Below, in pieces: positions 1-8,394 of a stretch of DNA of 64,000 nucleotides (its first letter is position 1; each line of letters opens with the position of its first letter). Under the pieces are notes generated by a model that saw nothing but the letters and a program-made list of their open reading frames with translations, did no database searches and was not told the DNA's origin. The stretch is from positions 3,576-67,575 of the forward strand of contig DATKCO010000019.1 of NCBI GenBank assembly GCA_035513155.1, written 5' to 3'. This stretch comes from Gemmatimonadota bacterium. Lineage in GTDB: Bacteria > Gemmatimonadota > Gemmatimonadetes > JACCXV01 > JAHWKZ01. The position numbers were made by a program, and so were the translations under genes.

Positions 1-575
1 TGGTCATCGCGTGGATGAGCATGAGAGTCTGGATCGAGGCCAAGGTCGCGGATCGGGGGCACGTTTCCGAGGACGCACTGCCGCTCAGGGTGGCGGCGAA
101 GCAGTTCGAGTGGAACGTGACCTATCCCGGCCTCGACGGAGAGCTCGACACGGCGGACGACTTCGTGAAGCGGAACCAGCTCCATCTGCCCGTCGGGCGA
201 GCCGTCAGGATCGACCTGACGAGTGAGGACGTCATCCATTCGTTCTTCCTGCCGGACTTCCGGGTCAAGCAGGACGCGGTACCGGGCATGGTCATCCCCG
301 TCTGGTTCCAGCCGACGGCCGTCGGGGAGTACCCGCTCGGATGCGCCGAGCTCTGCGGCCTCGGTCACTACCGCATGCGCGGCTCGGTCACGGTCCACGA
401 GGTCGAGGCGTTTGATGCGTGGATGCTCCAGGAGGGCCAGGACGCGGCGGTCGAGACACCGGCCCCCGCCGACACCGCGGGCGTGGATCTCGAGGCCGCC
501 AGCACGGCTCCCGCGCCCGAGGGCAATCATCCCCCGTCGCACCAACCGGCTAGTGAAGGAAAGGAGCGGGCATGA
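1..575 (+). CDS. ctaC: cytochrome c oxidase subunit II, C-terminal part (5' end outside window)
   Basis: CuA signature H-x34-CAELCGLGHYRM in the frame starting at nt 3. There is no CxxCH heme-c domain and the protein ends in a Pro/Ala-rich tail. Its stop overlaps the next start (ATGA at 572-575). Confidence 0.85.
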   Translation, partial: VIAWMSMRVWIEAKVADRGHVSEDALPLRVAAKQFEWNVTYPGLDGELDTADDFVKRNQLHLPVGRAVRIDLTSEDVIHSFFLPDFRVKQDAVPGMVIPVWFQPTAVGEYPLGCAELCGLGHYRMRGSVTVHEVEAFDAWMLQEGQDAAVETPAPADTAGVDLEAASTAPAPEGNHPPSHQPASEGKERA

Positions 576-2362
576 GCACGGTCTCAGTCGAAGTCGGCCA
601 CCCGTCGGTACAGCACTGGGCGGAGCCCGGGCATCCGGACGACCGGTCGTTCCTCCGGAAGTACGTGTTCTCGACCGATCACAAGGTGATCGGATGCCAG
701 TTCCTGATCCTGAGCCTAGTGTTCCTGCTCATCGGCGGAACGCTCGCGATGCTGATCCGGTGGCAGCTCGGATGGCCGGGTACCGCGATCCCGGGAGGGG
801 GGATCCTCGGGGAGGCCAAGGCGCCCGGAGGGATCATCCTCCCCGAGTTCTACAACTCACTCGTCACCATGCACGGCACGTTCATGATCTTCTTCGCGAT
901 CATGCCGCTGCTGGTGGGAGTGTTCGGAAACTGGTTGATCCCGCTTCACATCGGAGCCGCCGACATGGCGTTCCCGCGGCTCAACATGGCCTCGTTCTGG
1001 ACGGCGGTGCCGGCGGGGCTGATCATGATCGCGAGCTTCTTCGTGACCGGAGGGGCGGCGGCGGCCGGCTGGACGGCCTACGCCCCGTTGTCGGCCGTCC
1101 CCGAGTACAGCGGCGTCTATCTGGGCCAGGAGCTGTGGTGCATCAGCCTCATCGTGCTGGGCTTCTCGTCGCTGATGGGAGCCGTCAACTACATCACGAC
1201 GATCGTCAACATGCGGGCGCCGGGGATGAAGTGGATGCGCCTGCCGCTGCCGATCTGGGCGCTGTTCATCACCGCGATCCTCGTGCTGCTCGCGATCCCC
1301 GTCCTGACCGGGGCCCTGATCCTGCTGCTGTTCGACCAGACGCTCGGGACCACCTTCTTCCTGCCGCCGGACGGCGGGCAGCCGCTGATGTGGCAGCATC
1401 TGTTCTGGTACTTCGGCCACCCCGAGGTCTACATCCTGATCCTGCCCGCCATGGGGTTGGTGTCGGAGGTGCTCTCCAACGGCGCCCGCAAGCCGATCTT
1501 CGGGTACAAGTTCATGGTCTGGGCGATCGTCGCGATCGCGTTCCTGGGATGGATCGTGTGGGGGCACCATATGTTCCAGAGCGGCATGAACCCGTACCTG
1601 GGCGCGACGTTCATGACCTCGACCATGATCATCGCGGTCCCCTCCGCGATCAAGGTGTTCAACTGGCTGGGCACGATCTACAAAGGGGACATCCACTTCC
1701 ACGTCCCGATGCTGAATGCGCTGGCGTTCGTGGCGATGTTCGTGATCGGCGGGCTCTCCGGTGTGTTCATGGCGTCGACGCCGGTGGACATCTTCATCCA
1801 CGACACCTACTTCATCGTGGCGCACATCCACTACGTGCTGTTCGGCGGCAGCCTGTTCGCGATCTTCGCCGGGATCTACTTCTGGTTCCCGAAGTTCTTC
1901 GGGCGGATGATGAATCCGACGCTGGGAAAGATCCACTTCCTCCTGACGTTCGTCTTCTACAACCTGGTCTTCTTCCCCATGCACAACCTCGGGTTGGACG
2001 GCATGATGCGCCGGATCTACGACCCGAACCAGTACGAGTACATGGTCCCGCTGCAGCCGATGAACACGCTGATCTCGGTCGCGGCCCTGCTGCTCGGAGC
2101 GGCCCAGCTGATCTTCGTCGTCAACTTCGTGTGGTCGTTGTGGAGGGGGGAGAAGGCGCCTCCCAACCCTTGGAACGCCAACTCGCTGGAGTGGACGCTC
2201 CCGTCGCCGCCGCCGCACGGCAACTTCGTTGCCATGCCGACCGTCTACCGCGGTCCCTACGAGTACAGCGTCCCCGGTCGGGAAGCGGACTTCTGGCCGC
2301 AGGACGAGCCCCCGGCGGAAGCCGGACGACGAAGCGCGGGGCGTGAAGGGGTGCCGGCATGA
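572..2362 (+). CDS. ctaD: cytochrome c oxidase subunit I (A1-type heme-copper oxidase)
   Basis: 596 aa polytopic protein with WYFGHPEVYILILP, WGHHMF and HDTYFIVAHIHYVLF motifs. ATGA overlap with ctaC. Confidence 0.95.
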   Translation: MSTVSVEVGHPSVQHWAEPGHPDDRSFLRKYVFSTDHKVIGCQFLILSLVFLLIGGTLAMLIRWQLGWPGTAIPGGGILGEAKAPGGIILPEFYNSLVTMHGTFMIFFAIMPLLVGVFGNWLIPLHIGAADMAFPRLNMASFWTAVPAGLIMIASFFVTGGAAAAGWTAYAPLSAVPEYSGVYLGQELWCISLIVLGFSSLMGAVNYITTIVNMRAPGMKWMRLPLPIWALFITAILVLLAIPVLTGALILLLFDQTLGTTFFLPPDGGQPLMWQHLFWYFGHPEVYILILPAMGLVSEVLSNGARKPIFGYKFMVWAIVAIAFLGWIVWGHHMFQSGMNPYLGATFMTSTMIIAVPSAIKVFNWLGTIYKGDIHFHVPMLNALAFVAMFVIGGLSGVFMASTPVDIFIHDTYFIVAHIHYVLFGGSLFAIFAGIYFWFPKFFGRMMNPTLGKIHFLLTFVFYNLVFFPMHNLGLDGMMRRIYDPNQYEYMVPLQPMNTLISVAALLLGAAQLIFVVNFVWSLWRGEKAPPNPWNANSLEWTLPSPPPHGNFVAMPTVYRGPYEYSVPGREADFWPQDEPPAEAGRRSAGREGVPA

Positions 2363-2979
2363 GTCAGGCCGCGACGATGGGCGCCGCCCGCCCGATGGAG
2401 GGGATGCGGGTCTACAACCTGAAGCTCGGGATGTGGGTCTTCCTCCTTTCCGAAGTGATGTTCTTCTCGAGCCTGATCGGGGCCTACATCATCCTCCGGT
2501 TCGCGCACCCCGAGCAGTGGGCCGAGCCGAACCAGGTGCTGAACGTCCCGCTCACCGGCTTCAACACCTTCATGCTGATCTGCAGCTCCGTGACGATGGT
2601 GAAGGCGTTCGCGGCCATCGAGCACGGCGACCAGGCGGGCCTCAGGAAGTGGCTGATCGCGACCATCTTCCTGGGAGCGGCGTTCGTGGGGATCCAGGTC
2701 TACGAGTACATCAAGCTGGTCGAGCACGGGTTCGTCCCCGGGGCGGCGAACTACGCCGCCGAGGGCGGGCCGCTGTACGGATCGACCTTCTACACGATGA
2801 CGGGATTCCACGGGGCGCATGTCACGCTCGGCGTGCTGGCGCTGATCTTCACGACCGTGAAGGCGTTCCGGGGAAAATATTCGGCGCAGGATTACGGGGG
2901 CGTGGAGATCATGGGGCTCTACTGGCATTTCGTGGATCTGGTGTGGATCATCCTGTTCACCATCGTATATTTGATATGA
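2359..2979 (+). CDS. ctaE: cytochrome c oxidase subunit III
   Basis: 206 aa with GFHGAHVTLGV and LYWHFVDLVWI motifs. ATGA overlap with the ctaD stop. Confidence 0.92.
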   Translation: MSQAATMGAARPMEGMRVYNLKLGMWVFLLSEVMFFSSLIGAYIILRFAHPEQWAEPNQVLNVPLTGFNTFMLICSSVTMVKAFAAIEHGDQAGLRKWLIATIFLGAAFVGIQVYEYIKLVEHGFVPGAANYAAEGGPLYGSTFYTMTGFHGAHVTLGVLALIFTTVKAFRGKYSAQDYGGVEIMGLYWHFVDLVWIILFTIVYLI

Positions 2980-3038
2980 GGCGCGTGAAAACGGTCCATC
3001 TGCGGCGCGCCTTGGATCTGGACCGTTTTGACGCGCCT
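2979..3038 (+). promoter_or_regulatory. intercistronic inverted repeat between ctaE and ctaF (20-nt arms, one mismatch, 20-nt loop)
   Basis: Arms are aggcgcgtgaaaacggtcca (2979-2998) and tggaccgttttgacgcgcct (3019-3038). The loop contains ggcgcgcc and a short TTT follows. Locally lower GC. Confidence 0.6.
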
Positions 3039-3083
3039 TTCCACCGGCTGTAACACCCTTGGTGAGAGGGAAGGAGGAAGCTG

Positions 3084-3377
3084 ATGGCGGACGAGAGCGT
3101 GCGCGCGGTGGAGCGGAAGGGACCGAACTACTACCTCGTGTGGCTGTATCTGCTGATCCTCACGGTCGCGGAAGTGGGGGTCGCGTTCGTGTCGCAGCTG
3201 CCGGAGACGTGGCTGATCCTGATCCTCCTGTTCCTGGCGCTGTGGAAGGCGGCGCTGGTGGCGATGTACTACATGCACCTCAAGTTCGAGCCGCCCCGGC
3301 TGGTGGTCATGGTCCTGGCCCCGATCCCGCTGGCGATCCTGATCACGTTCACGGTGGTCATGATGGAGATCCGCTGA
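3084..3377 (+). CDS. ctaF: cytochrome c oxidase subunit IV (prokaryotic COX4/CtaF family)
   Basis: 97 aa with 3 TM segments and the MYYMHLKFE motif. Strong SD gggaaggagga lies upstream of ATG 3084. Confidence 0.85.
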   Translation: MADESVRAVERKGPNYYLVWLYLLILTVAEVGVAFVSQLPETWLILILLFLALWKAALVAMYYMHLKFEPPRLVVMVLAPIPLAILITFTVVMMEIR

Positions 3378-3381
3378 GGCC

Positions 3382-3528
3382 GTGAGTCACGAGCTCATGA
3401 CCGGGATGCTCTGGGCGGCGCTCCTCATGGTGGGTGTGCCGTTCGCCATCGGGATCGGCGTGCTGGTCATGGTACTCCGCCGCCGGAGCGGCGCCGACGA
3501 ACGCCCCTCTCCCGATCCGGGCCGCTGA
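3382..3528 (+). CDS. possible small single-TM protein (not in the ORF track; start GTG 3382 or ATG 3397)
   Basis: Read by eye as ...MTGMLWAALLMVGVPFAIGIGVLVMVLRRRSGADERPSPDPGR*. One hydrophobic helix is followed by a basic tail. It sits directly after ctaF. No convincing SD. Confidence 0.3.
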   Translation: MSHELMTGMLWAALLMVGVPFAIGIGVLVMVLRRRSGADERPSPDPGR

Positions 3529-3538
3529 AAGGAAACGT

Positions 3539-3760
3539 ATGGCGGGGTCATCGCTGGTCCCGTTCCACCGCGTGCTGATCGCGGCCGCGATCGCCTTCTG
3601 CGCGGGCTTCGCGTGGTGGATGTTCACCCAGGGGGACGGCGGCGAGTCGGTCGCCTATCAGGTGATCGGGGTCGTGTTCGCGATCCTGGCGGTGCTGCTG
3701 GCCGTCTACCTCTGGAACCTCGGGCGGGTCCTCGGCTACGACGACCGCGATCGCGGCTGA
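3539..3760 (+). CDS. small two-TM membrane protein, unknown function
   Basis: Internal ATG of ORF 3434..3760, preceded by aaagga at SD distance. The 73-aa product has two hydrophobic helices. Confidence 0.5.
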   Translation: MAGSSLVPFHRVLIAAAIAFCAGFAWWMFTQGDGGESVAYQVIGVVFAILAVLLAVYLWNLGRVLGYDDRDRG

Positions 3761-3786
3761 TCCCTGCGGGTGGCGCCTTCCGGCGC

Positions 3787-4326
3787 CTACTCCTCGTGCC
3801 AGATCCGATTGAAGTGGAACAGGATCCGGGGGTGGCGATACCACAGGTAGGCCGCCATGCCGGCGGCAGCCAGAAGGTTCGCCAGCGCCACGCCCCAGAA
3901 AGCGATCCCCCCCAGCAACGGACCGCCGACCGCCAGCAGGAAGATCTGGAACGCGGTCTCGAAGAAGACGAACAGGAAGACCAGCGCGATCCCGAGCGGA
4001 GGGATGCGCTCGATCTCGCTGACGAGGAAGGACGCGACCAGTCCCACGCCGATGAACGCCGCGTGATGTACGAGTGTATAGGCGGCGACCATCCCCGGGT
4101 CGACCTGCTGGTGAGCCACGGCCGCTTCGGTCCCCTTGAAGAGAACGGTCCCCAGGAGCGAAGGCGTCCACAGGGGGACGTTCTGGATCGTATCGAGGAG
4201 CAGGAACCATGCGGCTACGAGCCCGGCCCCGATGATCCCGGTGATGAACCCCTCCATCAGGATCGTGGGCACCGACAACGGTGGAATCGGCTGCCGCTCC
4301 TCCCGCGCCTCCCGCTTCTCGTTCAT
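3787..4326 (-). CDS. integral membrane protein, unknown function (last gene of the minus-strand cox operon)
   Basis: 179 aa with about 5 predicted TM helices. Lies 30 nt downstream of the minus-strand ctaF. No recognisable family motif. Confidence 0.6.
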   Translation of the reverse strand: MNEKREAREERQPIPPLSVPTILMEGFITGIIGAGLVAAWFLLLDTIQNVPLWTPSLLGTVLFKGTEAAVAHQQVDPGMVAAYTLVHHAAFIGVGLVASFLVSEIERIPPLGIALVFLFVFFETAFQIFLLAVGGPLLGGIAFWGVALANLLAAAGMAAYLWYRHPRILFHFNRIWHEE

Positions 4327-4356
4327 TCTCTCTCCGAGGATGGTCTCACGAGGCGC

Positions 4357-4683
4357 CTACATGCCCGCGCCGGGACCGATCGTCCCGAACAGCAGCATCA
4401 TGACGACGACGATCGAGGTGGCGACGATCAGGCCGACGGCGAAGACCGTCGTCAACACCGGCTTGTCGAACTTGAGATGCATGAAGAACATCGCCACAAG
4501 GACGAACTTGGCCACCGACAGGACCAGCAGGATCGGCACGATCACCGAGTGCAGGAGGGGAACGTAGAACACGGCCACCTCGAGCAGCGTGATGATCGCC
4601 AGGATCAGCGCGATCAGCCAGTACGTGCCCGTGCTGGCGTGCGCCTGGCCGGGCTCAGTCTCATGCGTGATTTGGTCCGCCAT
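4357..4683 (-). CDS. ctaF: cytochrome c oxidase subunit IV (second copy)
   Basis: Internal start MADQITHE... of ORF 4357..5214 (cat at 4681-4683). 108 aa with the MFFMHLKFD motif. Confidence 0.85.
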   Translation of the reverse strand: MADQITHETEPGQAHASTGTYWLIALILAIITLLEVAVFYVPLLHSVIVPILLVLSVAKFVLVAMFFMHLKFDKPVLTTVFAVGLIVATSIVVVMMLLFGTIGPGAGM

Positions 4684-4691
4684 GCTTCCCG

Positions 4692-5264
4692 CTACTGGAT
4701 GAGGTAGACGACCGTGAAGATCACGATCCAGACCGCGTCGACGAAGTGCCAGTAGAGCCCCGCCACCTCGACGTCCATGGCCCGCTCGGGCCCCAGACCG
4801 CCGCGCAGCGACATCACGAGCAGAGTGATCATCCAGACGACCCCCACCGTGACGTGCGCGCCGTGGAAACCGGTGAGCACGAAGAAGGTGGCGCCGAACA
4901 GGTTCCGTTGGAGCGTGAGCCCGTGGTGATAGAACTCGGCGAACTCGTAGACCTGGCCGGCCAGGAACAGCCCCCCGAGGACGATCACGCCACCCAGCCA
5001 GATCCGCGACATCCGCCGGTTGTCGCGCTGCACGGCGTCCAGCGCCAGCACCATGGACAGGCTCGACATGAGCAGAATGAACGTCGAGACCGAGGTCAGC
5101 GGGATGTTGAGGATCTCCTCGGGCGTCGGACCGACGAGACTCTTCCCTTCGTACACCAGGTAGGTGGCGATCAGCGACCCGAAGAACATGCACTCCGAGC
5201 CGATGAAGACCCACATCGCCAGCTTCCGGTTCGATACGCCGAACGTCGTCGCGTGGGATTCCAT
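4692..5264 (-). CDS. ctaE: cytochrome c oxidase subunit III (second copy)
   Basis: Internal start MESHATTFG... 190 aa with GFHGAHVTVGV and LYWHFVDAVWI motifs. Its start shares 1 nt with the ctaD stop (TGATG). Confidence 0.9.
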   Translation of the reverse strand: MESHATTFGVSNRKLAMWVFIGSECMFFGSLIATYLVYEGKSLVGPTPEEILNIPLTSVSTFILLMSSLSMVLALDAVQRDNRRMSRIWLGGVIVLGGLFLAGQVYEFAEFYHHGLTLQRNLFGATFFVLTGFHGAHVTVGVVWMITLLVMSLRGGLGPERAMDVEVAGLYWHFVDAVWIVIFTVVYLIQ

Positions 5265-7159
5265 CAGTCGGCCCCGGGAGTCTCGGGTCCGAAGGTCGGA
5301 TGCCCAGCCCGCTCGAGCGGCTGGAACGCCCAGCGATAGATCGCGTAGACGAGGACCGCGGCTGCGAGCAGGACGGCGGGGAGGCCCACCAGCGCGCCGC
5401 CGGCGACCCCCGTCAGGGCGAGACCGGCCAGGATGGGCCACCCCGAAGGCGACGGGAGATCGACCCGCTCGGTCGGATGCTCGGGCTGAGCCGGGGTGCC
5501 CTCGGCGCGCGTGCGGGTCGAGATGTCACGCGTGGGCCCGTACTTGTGAAGCCAGTACGGGCGCGCGCTGTTGACCCGGGGAACGACAGCGAAGTTGTAC
5601 TCGGGCGGCGGCGAGCTCATCGTCCACTCCAGCGTCGCCGCGTCCCACGGATCCCCGTCCGCCTCCGCTCCCGTCCGCAGGCTCCTGAGCGCGTTGACGT
5701 AGAACACGAGCATCGACACCGCGATGACGAACGCGCCGATGGTGGCTACCAGGTTCCACTGGTCCCACCCGAGATCGGCGCCATAGGTGTAGATCCGCCG
5801 CGGCATGCCGTCCATTCCCAGGAAGTGCATCGGGAAGAACGTGAGGTTCATGCCGATCAGCATGAGCCAGAAGTGGAGTTTGCCGAGTCCCTCGCCCAGC
5901 ATGCGGCCCGTGATCTTCGGCCACCAGTAGTAGATCCCCCCGAACAGGCCGAACACCGTGCCGCCGAAGAACACGTAGTGGAGGTGGGCCACCACGAAGT
6001 AGGAGTCGTGCTGCTGGATGTCGACCGGAGGCGAGGCGTGCATGATGCCGGACAGGCCACCGATGATGAACAGCGACACCATCCCGACCGCGAAGTACAG
6101 CGGGGTCTGGAAACGGATGTGGCCGCCCCACAGCGTGGCGATCCAGTTGAAGATCTTCACCGCGGTGGGAATGGCGATCAGCATGGTGGCGAGCGAGAAC
6201 GCCGTGTCGGCGACCGCCCCGAGGCCGGTCGTGAACATGTGGTGGCTCCACACCCCGAAGCCTAGGAATCCGATCAGGATCCCCGAGAAGATGACGAACG
6301 GGGCGCCGAACAGCGGCTTTCGAGCGAACGTCGGCAGGACCTCGGAGACCACCCCGAAGGAGGGGAGGATCAGGATGTAGACCTCCGGATGGCCGAAGAT
6401 CCAGAACAGGTGCTGCCACAGGATCGGCGTCCCGCCGGCGTCGGGGATGTAGAATTGCGTTCCGAAGAAGCGGTCGAACAAGAGGAAGATGAACGCGACC
6501 GTGATGGGTGGGAACGCGAGCAGCATCAGGACCTGGACGACGAGCGCCATCCACACGAACAGGGGCATCCGCATGAGCGACATGCCGGGGGCACGCATGT
6601 TGAGGATCGTGACGGTGAAATTGATCGCCGAGGCGATCGAGGCTACGCCCATGACCTGGAGCGAGAGCAGCCAGAAGTCGATGCCCATGCCGGGGTTGTA
6701 CTGCTTGGAGGTGAGGTTGGCGTAGCCGAACCAGCCCGCGTCCGGGGGATCTCCGATGAAGAAGGACAGGTTGAGCAGGACGCCGCCGAAGAAGAACGTC
6801 CAGAAGCTGAACGCGTTCAGGCGGGGAAACGCGACGTCGCGAGCTCCGATCATGAGCGGGATCAGGTAGTTGAACAGCGCCGCGGAGAGCGGCATCAGGA
6901 CGAGGAACACCATGGTCGTCCCGTGCATGGTGAAGAGCTGGTTGAAGCTGTCGGCGCCCACGACCGTGCCATCCGCCGAGGCGAGCTGGAGGCGGATGAT
7001 CAAGGCCTCCACGCCACCCACGACGAAGTAGATCAATGCCGTGACGCCGTACAGGACCCCGATCCGCTTGTGATCCACCGTGGTGAGCCACGACATGAGG
7101 CCACCCGCATAGATCGACTCGTGGGCGTGAGGCGAGGTCGTGGTGGTCGCCGTGCTCAT
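5264..7159 (-). CDS. ctaD: cytochrome c oxidase subunit I (second copy, A1-type) with extra C-terminal 2-TM extension
   Basis: Start MSTATTTTSPH... 631 aa with WIFGHPEVYILILP, WSHHMF and HDSYFVVAHLHYVFF motifs. ATGA overlap with the ctaC stop at 7156-7159. Confidence 0.93.
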   Translation of the reverse strand: MSTATTTTSPHAHESIYAGGLMSWLTTVDHKRIGVLYGVTALIYFVVGGVEALIIRLQLASADGTVVGADSFNQLFTMHGTTMVFLVLMPLSAALFNYLIPLMIGARDVAFPRLNAFSFWTFFFGGVLLNLSFFIGDPPDAGWFGYANLTSKQYNPGMGIDFWLLSLQVMGVASIASAINFTVTILNMRAPGMSLMRMPLFVWMALVVQVLMLLAFPPITVAFIFLLFDRFFGTQFYIPDAGGTPILWQHLFWIFGHPEVYILILPSFGVVSEVLPTFARKPLFGAPFVIFSGILIGFLGFGVWSHHMFTTGLGAVADTAFSLATMLIAIPTAVKIFNWIATLWGGHIRFQTPLYFAVGMVSLFIIGGLSGIMHASPPVDIQQHDSYFVVAHLHYVFFGGTVFGLFGGIYYWWPKITGRMLGEGLGKLHFWLMLIGMNLTFFPMHFLGMDGMPRRIYTYGADLGWDQWNLVATIGAFVIAVSMLVFYVNALRSLRTGAEADGDPWDAATLEWTMSSPPPEYNFAVVPRVNSARPYWLHKYGPTRDISTRTRAEGTPAQPEHPTERVDLPSPSGWPILAGLALTGVAGGALVGLPAVLLAAAVLVYAIYRWAFQPLERAGHPTFGPETPGAD

Positions 7160-8196
7160 CTCAGCCCCTCGAGGAAGCGCACGAGGTCCTCGATCCTCTG
7201 ATCGTCGAGGTTGAGGTCGGGCATCAGGGCTCCGGGCTTCACGCTGTCGGGGTTGCGCAGCCAGCCGGCCATGTTCTCCGGGGTGTTCTCGATCAGCGCG
7301 GACGCCAGCGTCGTGCGCCGCCCCATGTTCGTCAGGTCCGGGCCGATCTTCCCCTGCGCCAGGGTCCCGCCGATGGCGTGACAGGCGGCGCAGCCGGAGA
7401 TGAGGAACGTCATGGTGCCCGCGGAGTCCGGAACGGCCGGCTGCCGCATGGATGCGACCCACTCCTCGAACGCGGCGGAGTCGTCCACGAAGACCTGCAT
7501 GCGCATGTTCGCGTGAGAGGTCCCGCACAGCTCGGCGCACTGACCGTAGTAGACGCCGGTCTCGTCGGGCGTGAACCACATGCGGTTCTCGCTCCCCGGA
7601 TTCAGATCCCGCTTGCCTCCCAGCCGCGGCACCCAGAACGAGTGGATCACGTCGGCCGAGATGAGGGTGAGCTGGGTCGTGCGGCCGACCGGGACGTGGA
7701 GCTCGTTGGCGGTGACGATCCCCAGTTCCGGGTACTGGAACTCCCACCACCACTGATGCCCGACGACCGTGACCTCCAGCGGGTCGGAGTCGGGTGGCGG
7801 CCCATGGAGCTCGAAGATCGTGCGTACCGTCGGGATGGCGATGAAGAACAGGATGGCGGCCGGGATCAGGGTCCAGCCGATCTCGAGCGCGGTGAAGCCG
7901 TGAACCTGATCCGGGACTCCCGAGTCGCCCTCGCGGGCGCGATAGCGGACGAGGGCGTAGAGGAGCAGGAGCTCGACGACGACGAAGATCCCCGCCGTCC
8001 ACCAGAACAGGTCCCCATAGACGTCGAGCACGAGCCGCCCATAGTCGGACACCGGCTGCAGGGTGCTGTATGCCGACGGCTCCGCCACGGAACAGCCGGC
8101 GGCCAAAAGAACGAGTGCCCCGAGGAGCGATTTGACGAGGCTGGGGCGTTCGCGGCTCACGGTTTCCAGGGGTCTGAGGAGGCGGATCGAAACCAC
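7156..8196 (-). CDS. ctaC: cytochrome c oxidase subunit II with fused C-terminal cytochrome c domain (caa3-type)
   Basis: CuA site HSFWVP...CAELCGTSHANM plus the heme-c motif CAACH near the C-terminus. Lipobox-like LLAAGC near the N-terminus. Exact start uncertain (GTG 8196 or GTG 8160). Confidence 0.88.
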   Translation of the reverse strand: MVSIRLLRPLETVSRERPSLVKSLLGALVLLAAGCSVAEPSAYSTLQPVSDYGRLVLDVYGDLFWWTAGIFVVVELLLLYALVRYRAREGDSGVPDQVHGFTALEIGWTLIPAAILFFIAIPTVRTIFELHGPPPDSDPLEVTVVGHQWWWEFQYPELGIVTANELHVPVGRTTQLTLISADVIHSFWVPRLGGKRDLNPGSENRMWFTPDETGVYYGQCAELCGTSHANMRMQVFVDDSAAFEEWVASMRQPAVPDSAGTMTFLISGCAACHAIGGTLAQGKIGPDLTNMGRRTTLASALIENTPENMAGWLRNPDSVKPGALMPDLNLDDQRIEDLVRFLEGLR

Positions 8197-8394
8197 ACGT
8201 CTATGGCTCGCGGGAAGAGCGCTAGAGTACCGATCCCCGTCGTGCTCGTCAAGCGCGGCAGGCGCCGAGGAACCGGAACCCGCGGCCCTCGTCGGGGTCT
8301 AATGGATGGCGCTGGTTTTTGGGCCGCTGGCGCATGATCTTCAAGCCCCCTTCGGGTGGCTGCTTATGGAATTACCGATCGAGAAGGAGGATAG

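Noticed and set aside
223-2346. 707-aa ORF on the + strand overlapping ctaD in another frame
   Set aside because: It is Arg/Pro/Gly/Ser-rich and low-complexity, has no motifs, and lies entirely inside a gene with unmistakable cytochrome oxidase subunit I motifs. This is a typical open alternative frame in GC-rich DNA.
3772-3787. Short GGCGCC-ttcc-GGCGCC hairpin between the convergent genes at 3760 and 3787
   Set aside because: The stem is only 6 bp, has no U-tract, and overlaps a stop codon. That is too weak to call a terminator.
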